Below the pieces are notes generated by a model. The model did not search any database, was not told the origin of the DNA, and saw only the letters and a program-made list of their open reading frames with translations. A program made the position numbers and the translations under genes. DNA of 64,000 nt from the IMG/VR virus record IMGVR_UViG_3300042482_000702, positions 258,478-322,477 of that record; one strand, written 5' to 3'. This document shows positions 33,287 through 41,310 of this stretch, in pieces. Within the stretch, counting starts at the first letter, position 1. Each line of letters starts with the position of its first letter.

Positions 33287-33344
33287 AACTACCACCTGAC
33301 TCTTTTCGAACTTTGCAGGCTCGTATCATTCCCTAATGGTAGTT
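33287..33344 (-). ncRNA. Anticodon-stem-loop display RNA 1 (Cys loop)
   Basis: AACTACCA/TGGTAGTT closing helix; AATGATA-CGAGC-CTGCAAA-GTTCG-AAAA. Confidence 0.6.
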
Positions 33345-33350
33345 ATTTTG

Positions 33351-33424
33351 TCTAAATGACTGGACTCGAACCAGCGGTCTCTACATTCCAAGTGTAGCGG
33401 ATTAACCAACTTTCCCACATCTAG
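33351..33424 (-). tRNA. tRNA-Pro(TGG), second copy
   Basis: CTAGATG/CATTTAG, A73; CTACA-CTTGGAA-TGTAG. Confidence 0.88.
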
Positions 33425-33443
33425 ATTTTAATTTTATTTTCTG

Positions 33444-33529
33444 CGGAGAGCAGAATACTTGAAATCCATCCCTTTTACAGAACCACTCGCTTAGCAGGCG
33501 GTGACAATACCCTGATTGTTTTACTCTCC
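33444..33529 (-). tRNA. tRNA-Ser(GCT)
   Basis: G73, long variable arm, loop CTGCTAA; imperfect anticodon and T stems. Confidence 0.78.
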
Positions 33530-33535
33530 ATTTTG

Positions 33536-33607
33536 TGTCCCCAAGAGGATTCGAACCCCTATCTCTGATGCCGTAAATCAAAATTCTATCCGTTGAACTA
33601 TGGTGAC
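33536..33607 (-). tRNA. tRNA-Arg(ACG)
   Basis: TTGAT-TTACGGC-ATCAG. Confidence 0.88.
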
Positions 33608-33611
33608 AATT

Positions 33612-33731
33612 TGAGGTTGAGAACTCCTCTGTGTTGTGTGTTTAAGACTAACTTTTTATACACTAAATAGGACTTACGCAAGTAGGTTGGCCTAATTTTA
33701 ATACTTAATTCCCCTCTCACAGGAACAACAC
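33612..33731 (-). ncRNA. Pseudoknot RNA motif, copy 2 of 3
   Basis: GTGTTGTTCCTGTGAGAGGGGAA - 73-nt variable - AACACAGAGGAGTTCTCAACCTCA. Confidence 0.62.
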
Positions 33732-33736
33732 GGCTG

Positions 33737-33826
33737 TGAGGTTGAGAACTCCTCTGTGTTAGTCTTTACTAGTTAATTGCAATAACCGTGTAGCCACTCT
33801 ATTTTCCCCTCTCACAGGAACAACAC
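33737..33826 (-). ncRNA. Pseudoknot RNA motif, copy 3 of 3
   Basis: Same 23-nt and 24-nt ends as copy 2, 43-nt unrelated middle. Confidence 0.62.
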
Positions 33827-33829
33827 ATT

Positions 33830-34018
33830 TTACTTCCATTGAGTTTTTCGGTTATACTTCCAAGTTTTATGTTCTCTGTATTTGTGAGAGAACTGACCTC
33901 TTCTATAATGAACACCCTCATCCCAATAAGGTGGATATTCAAACTTTAACCAAATTACTCTGTAATCTTTGGAACAAGTTGCCTTGTTCAGTTTCATTCT
34001 GTTTGTGTTTACACTCAT
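33830..34018 (-). CDS. Small basic hypothetical protein
   Basis: 62 aa, aromatic/basic, KTWKYNRKTQWK end. Confidence 0.6.
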   Translation of the reverse strand: MSVNTNRMKLNKATCSKDYRVIWLKFEYPPYWDEGVHYRRGQFSHKYREHKTWKYNRKTQWK

Positions 34019-34068
34019 AATCTTGAGTCTGTTGTTTAGCAGACCTCAAAGATTATCCAATACCTTTT

Positions 34069-34326
34069 TCATAACCGTAATTTATAAATTCTTTTATAAT
34101 CATCCATCGCCGACTTCAGATTTACAATACATTCTCGGTAATTAACATTATCACCAAGATTAAATCTTTCATTTTCTTGTTCCCTCTTGAATAACACTTT
34201 CAATGAATTATCAATGTTAGATAGAATGTCCAAGTAAATCATTTCCTTATCTTTGGATTTTTTTAAATCAAATTTCAAATCAACAATTAGACCTTCTAAT
34301 TCTTCAATTTTTTTATCTTCATCCAT
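34069..34326 (-). CDS. Coiled-coil hypothetical protein
   Basis: 85-aa ORF. Confidence 0.65.
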   Translation of the reverse strand: MDEDKKIEELEGLIVDLKFDLKKSKDKEMIYLDILSNIDNSLKVLFKREQENERFNLGDNVNYRECIVNLKSAMDDYKRIYKLRL

Positions 34327-34340
34327 AACAAATAATTTTG

Positions 34341-34413
34341 GGAGTTAGTTCGGTATCGAACCGAATTCTTTGGTACCACAAACCAACGCTTCACCGTTAA
34401 AGCTTCAAACTCC
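34341..34413 (-). tRNA. tRNA-His(GTG)
   Basis: Encoded G-1:C73; TTGGT-TTGTGGT-ACCAA. Confidence 0.9.
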
Positions 34414-34477
34414 ATATTACCCCACTTCCCCGGCTTAACGGACCGAGTGCCATATAGGAGGTGTGGGGGTAACCTCG

Positions 34478-34549
34478 CTCCTCCGGGTGGGATTGAACCA
34501 CCATGATTTGATTAACAGTCAAACATAATTACCATTATATGACAGAGGA
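34478..34549 (-). tRNA. tRNA-Asn(GTT)
   Basis: TTTGA-CTGTTAA-TCAAA; G73. Confidence 0.9.
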
Positions 34550-34552
34550 AGA

Positions 34553-34608
34553 TATGACCACTATGTTATTTTGCGAACGTATGAAGCTCGTATCATTGTT
34601 AAGTCATA
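34553..34608 (-). ncRNA. Anticodon-stem-loop display RNA 2 (CAT loop)
   Basis: TATGAC/GTCATA closing helix; AATGATA-CGAGC-TTCATAC-GTTCG-CAAAA. Confidence 0.6.
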
Positions 34609-34699
34609 GTAGTCCAAGGCGTTACGCACCCATCTGGTAACTTTACTTCTCTTGAGTCCGGGTAAGCGCTTACCAACTCGGGGGTTGTTTCCTTGTTTG

Positions 34700-34772
34700 T
34701 GGGGACTACCGGTTACGCTCCGGTCTCCTTGATTCTTCAGACCAATGCTTTCACTAGATTAGCTTAATCCCC
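34700..34772 (-). tRNA. tRNA-Phe(GAA)
   Basis: TTGGT-CTGAAGA-ATCAA; T-loop AGCGTAA. Confidence 0.85.
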
Positions 34773-34915
34773 AATTAAAATGATGGTGAGATACCCGTTT
34801 CGTCTCACTCTTGACTGCTTAATAGTAGTTTTACTGTGCACAGGCAGAGGGTTATAATTTCGTTTATTGTAATCAGAATTGTCGACATTCTTTCATACAG
34901 AAATTCATCATTTTG

Positions 34916-34996
34916 TGGGACACTATGGAATCGAACCATACCCTACTACAGAACGGTGTTACAGACCGCTTATCACACCAGTGACTGAAGCATCCC
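34916..34996 (-). tRNA. tRNA-Tyr(GTA)
   Basis: CGGT-CTGTAAC-ACCG; long variable region; A73. Confidence 0.85.
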
Positions 34997-35002
34997 TTTT
35001 TG

Positions 35003-35073
35003 TACCTCGTGATGGTTATGCTCCACCGCCATTTGTATGTAAAACAAATACGCTCCTATTACGCCAACGAGGT
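35003..35073 (-). tRNA. tRNA-Val(TAC)
   Basis: TTTGT-TTTACAT-ACAAA; T-loop AGCATAA. Confidence 0.82.
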
Positions 35074-35166
35074 AAATAAAATTAACAATTGCTATCAGGA
35101 TTTAAACGTCGCTCAGAATACTTACTGACGCCCACCGATTGGGTACGATGACTAGTTAATTTTTTG

Positions 35167-35238
35167 TACCGATGGGTGGGATTGAACCACCGACACCTTC
35201 CGTATGAAAGAAGTGCTCTACCACTGAGCTACATCAGT
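35167..35238 (-). tRNA. tRNA-Met/Ile2 (CAT)
   Basis: Canonical cloverleaf; CTTCT-TTCATAC-GGAAG. Confidence 0.88.
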
Positions 35239-35292
35239 ATTTTGGTGGATATAGGCTCATCACCTATTCGTGGGTTTCCACCGAACCCCTCG

Positions 35293-35364
35293 TTACCCCT
35301 AATGGAATCGAACCACTCCCGCATGGACCAAAACCATGTGTACTAACCGATATACGAAGGGGCA
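35293..35364 (-). tRNA. tRNA-Gln(TTG)
   Basis: U1-A72; CATGG-TTTTGGT-CCATG. Confidence 0.88.
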
Positions 35365-35370
35365 AAATTG

Positions 35371-35452
35371 CGGAAGAGACAGGATTCGAACCTGCAAAGC
35401 TGTTACACCCGATAGTTTTCAAGACTACTTAACGACCACTGTCCACTCTTCC
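35371..35452 (-). tRNA. tRNA-Ser(TGA)
   Basis: GTAGT-CTTGAAA-ACTAT; long variable arm; G73. Confidence 0.9.
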
Positions 35453-35461
35453 ATTTTATTC

Positions 35462-35511
35462 TTACCAATATGTCAAATAACTAATTCCTTTATTTTGATG
35501 GGACAAAGGTA
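35462..35511 (-). promoter_or_regulatory. tRNA-operon promoter plus boxA-like leader
   Basis: TACCTTTG (35504-35511) followed by TTGACATATTGGTAA (35462-35476). Confidence 0.65.
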
Positions 35512-35601
35512 ATCCTTTTTTTTTAACTTCCAAACTTTTTTATAAAAAAAAATCCCGAACTTTTTGAGTTCAGGATTTTGGTTATATTTTATGTTTAACT
35601 T

Positions 35602-35724
35602 TTATATTGTCGTTAAATCATTTAATAAACTATCTGAACTTGTATGCGAAATACGCGGATACGAACAATTACTAAATTGTTGGTTCCAAATCACGACATT
35701 CATATGTTTATTAGTATTTTTCAT
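35602..35724 (-). CDS. Leader-peptide-like mini ORF followed by a terminator
   Basis: MKNTNKHMNVVIWNQQFSNCSYPRISHTSSDSLLNDLTTI*; hairpin AATCCTGAACT-CAAAA-AGTTCGGGATT plus T-run at ~35548-35578. Confidence 0.45.
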   Translation of the reverse strand: MKNTNKHMNVVIWNQQFSNCSYPRISHTSSDSLLNDLTTI

Positions 35725-35951
35725 TTTTCTTTTTTTTGTGGTATCTCTACCTGTGTTTCTTATAATTATATCAAACTTACGAAAAGTTTAAATAGTTGTC
35801 AAATTTTTTTCAATAATTTTATTTAACTCCTCTATGTGGTACTCCTCCATCCATTCAGCAATTTTACTGTTGGTATCAGCAAAAACACCAAATTCCTTGA
35901 AATGTTCCTCTTGTTTTTTATCTAAAAAAATTTTAGCATTAATGTCGTCCA

Positions 35952-36212
35952 TTACGGTAATTTTTTTGAAATAGTGAAAATGATGTCTTCATCTTCTTTT
36001 GTCAATACCATTTTTGAATGATATAATTTATTTAAAGCCTCATACCACTCATCATCTATTCCATCTTTACTCGATAATTTAACCTTCCCGTTGAATGAAT
36101 TTAAATGTCCTTCTTCAATAAGAATCTCAATTAATTCTATAATCTCACTACGAGAACACTCTGATACATATTCTGAAGGGTCAACATCAATATAAGTACT
36201 AAAATCCGCCAT
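35952..36212 (-). CDS. Hypothetical protein
   Basis: 86-aa ORF. Confidence 0.7.
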   Translation of the reverse strand: MADFSTYIDVDPSEYVSECSRSEIIELIEILIEEGHLNSFNGKVKLSSKDGIDDEWYEALNKLYHSKMVLTKEDEDIIFTISKKLP

Positions 36213-36215
36213 AAT

Positions 36216-36476
36216 TTATAAATTTTCTAATCTGTTAATAATTTTTGTTACTTCTTCTTTTGTGTTCCACCCTGATTGATTATCACCATCTTCAAATGGA
36301 ACAAATTTATTGAGAGTTTTGTAGAACGCGGCAACTTCAAAAGTTGTTATACCATCTCCATATAATCCCTCTCCACCAACCACAGAAACTAATATATCGT
36401 TTCCTAAATCCAATTTTGCTTGGACACCTTTTCGTATTGGATATGGTTTAAACTCTAAATCGTCAAATGTTTTCAT
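36216..36476 (-). CDS. Hypothetical protein
   Basis: 86 aa, MKTFDDLEF..GDGITTFEVA; promoter TACTTTTG at 36481-36488. Confidence 0.7.
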   Translation of the reverse strand: MKTFDDLEFKPYPIRKGVQAKLDLGNDILVSVVGGEGLYGDGITTFEVAAFYKTLNKFVPFEDGDNQSGWNTKEEVTKIINRLENL

Positions 36477-36634
36477 AGGACAAAAGTAATATAAATTATT
36501 TAATAAACAAAACTTATTTTAAAAAAGTTTTAGGCAACAAAAAGATGTCCGAAGACATCTTTTTGCTAGATGTGGTATTTTCCCCTTTCTTTTTAAATGG
36601 TTAATACCATCCGGTTTCTACACCGGAGGTAAGT

Positions 36635-38242
36635 TTACTTACTTAACACTTTTTCTTTCATTTTATCAGTAGCTGTCTCTATTTTAGTTTTAACACCACC
36701 TAATAGGGGACATATAAGAGTAGATAAATTTCTCTCAACAGATTGTCCGAAATCGGAATGTTCTACCATTTCAGCCAATGAGTTTCTTAATATATCATAA
36801 AACGGACCTGTCATACCAACAGATTTTTTAATTTTATCCGCAGCTTCTTCAACAATTGATTTAGTTAGAACAGGCACTAGAAAATTACAATTAGTTAATT
36901 TACCGATATCTGTAAGACCAACGTTACCTACCGCTTTAACAACTATACCACCAATCCATCCATCAGTATCTAACGGTGTTAATTTAGTAATAAGTTGTTT
37001 TGCCAAATATTCTTTAAAGTATTGGAATGTTCCTTCAGCACCAGTTCCGAATAAGCCTTTTAATGCGTCCCAGAATTGCTCGTTAATTAATTGTTCTCTG
37101 AATCCTTGAGAATTTAAATAATTCGATTCAATAAGTATTTCATTGAAGAATTTATCTCTTTGAGATTCTGTTTCAAGTATTCTATTCTCAATTAAAAATT
37201 TGGTTCTATTTCCAATAATATTAGATTCTGTGATTAAATTTTGTTTTTTAAGTTTAGAACTTTGATATAGACTTTCTTTAATCATTGTTTTTAATTCGTT
37301 TTGAACTGACTCATTTTGTATTCCTCCGATGTAAAACAAATAAGGACTTGGTGATGGTAAATATTTGGGTTTATCACCTCTTAATAATTTTACAATGAAT
37401 TCAAATCTTAATTTATTTCTAAATAATTTGAAAGGGTTTTTATCATTAGGAACACCTGGATAATCAGCTTTATCTATTCCGGAGAAACTATTGTACTTAC
37501 CACTACCATAACAACTATTAATTTGACCTTGCATTTTTAAAACATCCGGTCTTGCATCTAAATTATTGTATGAGTATTGGAATGCGGAATCTAAATAAGT
37601 TTTTAATATGGTATTACAAGTAGTCTCGTCTAATTTCATATCCACAGTAGTTGGTGTTTCCATTGCTGCTTGTGGTAAATAAATTGAGATGTTCTTCCAT
37701 CCATAATCAGAATTTAATTGTTCTGACATATTTGGTTGATACTTGATTTGTAAATCAGAAGTTTTAGCCGGTAATGAGTTTTCAGGTTTTATTTTTAATA
37801 CTTCTGTACTTTTAAACACATTAGTTAAAACATCATTCCATTTTTGGAATATGTCCGACACGGCATTTTGGTCAATTAATCCTCGTAATGTTGTTGTAAT
37901 TTGTTTTGCCTTTTCAGTATCAGTTTTGGTTATACCAAAATTTGCTAAAATATCATTGTATTTTCCTCCAACGGTATCACAAGACCATCCTCTTTTTTCT
38001 TTTGTTGAAATATTTTCAGCAACCATTCTTCCACTACCATCAGGAATTAAATCTAAATAAAAAACAATATCTTGATTTTTACTATTTTTACCTGACCAAA
38101 CTCTCTTATTTTTGTAGTCTGAGACAGTACCGCCAACTAACCATTTCGGAAAACATCCCGCACGATTAAATTCAATCAATTTAGCTCTATCGGCAATTTT
38201 TGGGTCCGACACTTGTTCTTTTATAATCTCTCTCTTTTTCAT
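36635..38242 (-). CDS. Putative virion/internal protein
   Basis: Probable start MKKREIIKEQ; several I/L-x-E motifs (LITES, LINEQ); C-terminal amphipathic helices. Confidence 0.75.
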   Translation of the reverse strand: MKKREIIKEQVSDPKIADRAKLIEFNRAGCFPKWLVGGTVSDYKNKRVWSGKNSKNQDIVFYLDLIPDGSGRMVAENISTKEKRGWSCDTVGGKYNDILANFGITKTDTEKAKQITTTLRGLIDQNAVSDIFQKWNDVLTNVFKSTEVLKIKPENSLPAKTSDLQIKYQPNMSEQLNSDYGWKNISIYLPQAAMETPTTVDMKLDETTCNTILKTYLDSAFQYSYNNLDARPDVLKMQGQINSCYGSGKYNSFSGIDKADYPGVPNDKNPFKLFRNKLRFEFIVKLLRGDKPKYLPSPSPYLFYIGGIQNESVQNELKTMIKESLYQSSKLKKQNLITESNIIGNRTKFLIENRILETESQRDKFFNEILIESNYLNSQGFREQLINEQFWDALKGLFGTGAEGTFQYFKEYLAKQLITKLTPLDTDGWIGGIVVKAVGNVGLTDIGKLTNCNFLVPVLTKSIVEEAADKIKKSVGMTGPFYDILRNSLAEMVEHSDFGQSVERNLSTLICPLLGGVKTKIETATDKMKEKVLSK

Positions 38243-38243
38243 A

Positions 38244-39275
38244 TTAAAATTCATTATTATCAACATTATTTACATAAGCCTCAGCATCAGGTATTGGTCT
38301 TTCTTCTGGTGCTGGTGCTGGTCTTTCTTCTGGTGCCGGAGCTGGTGTTGTTCCACCACATATTTTACTAACATCAGCATCGGTAAATCCATTTGGAAAA
38401 CCTTTAGCAACTAACGCCGCTTGTGTTTTAATCCAAAATTTACCGTCTTGGATTAACCCTAAACATGCCTGAACTTGTCCAATAACACCTGTTGGTGATG
38501 TTTTACACCCTTTTTTATAAGTACCTCTACCTGTACAATCAATATATCTATTTGTACCAGGGGGTGTTACAGGTGGTGTTACAGGTGGTGTTACAGGTAA
38601 ATCGTCCGGAACTGTGCTCATAGTTGATAAAATCCACCAAGCAATCAATCCCGCGGCCAAAAGACCGACACCCCATTTAGCAGCGGAAGATTTAACTATT
38701 TCTTTAAATGATAACCCTTTCTTTACCATTACTTCAACTTCTTCAGACCCACCTTCTCTAACAACTTTTTCTAACCCTTCTTTACTAGCCTTAGCAAAGT
38801 CGTCGGCACCGGCCTTTATTGTTTTACTAGCACCTCCTCTAGTTCGTTTGGTAATACCATTAACTATTTGTCTAGAGTTGTTTCTAAGTTGATTTGTAAT
38901 ATTGATAACAATACCCCTATCCGCCAATTCTTTACTACCCTGTTTTGCCGCTGCTTCAGCCTCTTCTTGAGCTAATCTAATTAATTCCGCTTTAATACCG
39001 CTTTTTTGGGTGTCGGTTAATGATTGTAAACCCGCTTTTTTCATAACAGATTTTTGAGCTGCGCGTTCTACTGATGAGTAAACTTTTCCTTGTTTTGAAA
39101 TCACCCCGACACCCTTCATGGCGGCTTGAACTTCAGCCCTTAAAATAGATAATATTTCTGTTTCGGCCACGTTTTTAAATAAACTACCTAACGCACTTTC
39201 GTTTAAAGTGAATTTATTTTCAATACCGATAAGTTCCGATATTCTATGTATTTCTGTAATTAAATTTTTTTCCAT
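38244..39275 (-). CDS. Putative virion protein with TM helix and C-terminal peptidoglycan-binding-like domain
   Basis: N-terminus LITEIHRISELIG; TM WGVGLLAAGLIAWWIL; VIGQVQACLGL..DGKFWIKTQAAL resembles PG_binding_1. Confidence 0.7.
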   Translation of the reverse strand: MEKNLITEIHRISELIGIENKFTLNESALGSLFKNVAETEILSILRAEVQAAMKGVGVISKQGKVYSSVERAAQKSVMKKAGLQSLTDTQKSGIKAELIRLAQEEAEAAAKQGSKELADRGIVINITNQLRNNSRQIVNGITKRTRGGASKTIKAGADDFAKASKEGLEKVVREGGSEEVEVMVKKGLSFKEIVKSSAAKWGVGLLAAGLIAWWILSTMSTVPDDLPVTPPVTPPVTPPGTNRYIDCTGRGTYKKGCKTSPTGVIGQVQACLGLIQDGKFWIKTQAALVAKGFPNGFTDADVSKICGGTTPAPAPEERPAPAPEERPIPDAEAYVNNVDNNEF

Positions 39276-39296
39276 TTTTATAATATAATAATATTT

Positions 39297-40724
39297 TTAT
39301 GTTGTTGGTTGTTTTGCAACCTTTGATAAACTTTTTTTAAGAAAATCAGTACCTTGTTTAGCCATTTTACCCATAGTTTCTTTGGCTTTAGGTGGGATAT
39401 ATTTTGAAATTCCTCTCTCATCCATTGTTAGACCCATGGCCATTAAACCACCATTATCTAATTTTCCATCAGTTCTTAATTTTTCGTATTTACCTGTTTC
39501 AGGGTCATTATTGAAACAAGTTGCAAATTTTTTAACACCGTCCTCAGTTTCTTTGGTAAATGTATTTCCGTTAGGTATTTTTGTAATATCAACTTTACAC
39601 GCAGGAAACATTATATTATGAATGTCTCTAAAATACTTATTCACGTTTGAAACATCATCTCCGGTGTCGTTAATTCCTAACACAATTGGTCTAACTAATA
39701 ATCCAACACCGACACCCGTAACAACTGCTGTAACACCTTGTTTAGAAAATAGTTGAGATATAAATGTATCAACACCCTTAATAATAGAATTAAAACCTGA
39801 GATTACTTTAGTAACGATTGTTTTTGCTCCCGGAATATGTTTAATAATTAAATTACCAAATGATGATAGTGATGATGAAATGCCCGGTAAAGATTTTGAT
39901 AATTTTGTTAGGGTATTTTTCAAAAATCCACTAGCCGGTTTACCCGCTTTGACCGCTCTTAAAGCAGTCTTAGTTGTAAGACCTGCGGCAGCGGCAAATA
40001 CAAATGAAATTAAATCAATTAATAACCCTGAATACGGGTCTTGTTGTCTTTCGGGGTCAGCTGGGTCAAAATTACCTGAAATAATCTCAAATACATCTAA
40101 AATAACTATCATTGCCCAAACTAATTTATTTGCTCCCGTTGTAACAGGTATCATTGCCGTTACAACATCTATAACAGTCCCCGCTACGGTATAAACATTT
40201 TTTCTTATCCATCTTAATGCCGGTAAAAACCCATTCATTAAGGCTTTCTTGGCTAACTCAGCCGCACCACTCGCAATGGTACTACCAACTTTTTTGGTTG
40301 CATTCCAAGCCGACTTAGCGGTATTTTTTATCCAATCTGATTGTTCATTAATTAATTCATCATCATTAATTAAAGATAACGACTCTAAAAATAAATCTTT
40401 AGTCCATCTAATAGAATTTAAAACACTTTCTTCAATAATATTAGCACTATTTTTATAATTTTCTTTAATTATTTCATTAATAACCCAAGTATTTTCCCAT
40501 ATATTACCAATAAAACCTAATTCTTTAGAAATTAAATTATCCGCCCAAATTAAATATTTTTCATCTTCAGTAATGACAAAATCAAAAACATAACCTTCCT
40601 CAATCATTGGTAAAAATTCTTGATTTTCAGTTAAAGTTTTTCTACTATCATAGTTCATCATAAGAAGAGCGCGATTAAGGACTTCATTCCTTTCATTTAA
40701 ATTATATTTGTTATTATAAGCCAT
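39297..40724 (-). CDS. Putative virion/ejected membrane protein
   Basis: Probable start MAYNNKYNLNE; N-terminus shared with 40714-41250 (LNE..L.R.LLMM.YD.KKTL.EN); several hydrophobic helices. Confidence 0.72.
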   Translation of the reverse strand: MAYNNKYNLNERNEVLNRALLMMNYDSRKTLTENQEFLPMIEEGYVFDFVITEDEKYLIWADNLISKELGFIGNIWENTWVINEIIKENYKNSANIIEESVLNSIRWTKDLFLESLSLINDDELINEQSDWIKNTAKSAWNATKKVGSTIASGAAELAKKALMNGFLPALRWIRKNVYTVAGTVIDVVTAMIPVTTGANKLVWAMIVILDVFEIISGNFDPADPERQQDPYSGLLIDLISFVFAAAAGLTTKTALRAVKAGKPASGFLKNTLTKLSKSLPGISSSLSSFGNLIIKHIPGAKTIVTKVISGFNSIIKGVDTFISQLFSKQGVTAVVTGVGVGLLVRPIVLGINDTGDDVSNVNKYFRDIHNIMFPACKVDITKIPNGNTFTKETEDGVKKFATCFNNDPETGKYEKLRTDGKLDNGGLMAMGLTMDERGISKYIPPKAKETMGKMAKQGTDFLKKSLSKVAKQPTT

Positions 40725-41250
40725 ACCTAGATTTAACAACACAAAGGTTGTTTTTTTTATTTTTAGGGTCTTGACACCAAGTTTGTATTTGAGTTTTAAC
40801 AGGATTAATAACTGAATCTTTTAAATCATCTGCAAACCATTCACCTTCAATTGCTTCCCAAAATGTTTCACCTCCTACAGCAGGATACGATTTAATCATT
40901 GCAACACTATTCGGTAATATGTTAAATGTTTTTGAAATAATGGAGGGTAATCCTTGGTCAGGGTCCATATCTCTCGTAATACTACCAATACCTCTCTTTC
41001 TATCATTACTAATAGCCATAAAAAACGCTTTAGCATTTACCTCAGGCTTTATTGTTGGGTTTCCAAAAATATTAGGAATTTGCTCAGGATGAGCCATAAA
41101 ACTTTTGGTTAAATTTGTGAAATATTCATCTTCAGTTTGTTCAAATATTAAAGAAGTATTTTCAACTAAAGTTTTTTTATTATCATATTTCATCATAAGA
41201 AGAACTCGTTTAAGAGCATCGTTCCCCTCATTTAAATTAAATTTTTCCAT
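40714..41250 (-). CDS. Putative virion protein
   Basis: N-terminus paralogous to 39297-40724; TATTTAT at 41265-41271. Confidence 0.72.
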   Translation of the reverse strand: MEKFNLNEGNDALKRVLLMMKYDNKKTLVENTSLIFEQTEDEYFTNLTKSFMAHPEQIPNIFGNPTIKPEVNAKAFFMAISNDRKRGIGSITRDMDPDQGLPSIISKTFNILPNSVAMIKSYPAVGGETFWEAIEGEWFADDLKDSVINPVKTQIQTWCQDPKNKKNNLCVVKSRYGL

Positions 41251-41310
41251 ATTATTGTTTTGTTATAAATATCATTAATAATATAAATATTATTTTATTT
41301 TAATAAACCA

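Noticed and set aside
33287-33344. Hammerhead ribozyme (ATGATAC-GAGC..GTTC-GAAA)
   Set aside because: The core deviates at C3, G8 and A9, and the second copy has GCAAA instead of GAAA
33612-33826. Mini-CRISPR array (identical 23-24 nt blocks around variable sequence)
   Set aside because: Two different constant blocks pair with each other around middles of 73 and 43 nt, a dispersed third copy exists, and no cas genes are visible; better explained as a structured RNA family
34417-34477. Twister ribozyme (CGGTCCGTTAAGCCG resembles P4/L4)
   Set aside because: No UA cleavage loop and no adequate T1 pseudoknot strand
34608-34690. Additional tRNA ending TGGACTACTA
   Set aside because: Only a degenerate T-arm-like hairpin and 3' strand; no matching 5' acceptor strand
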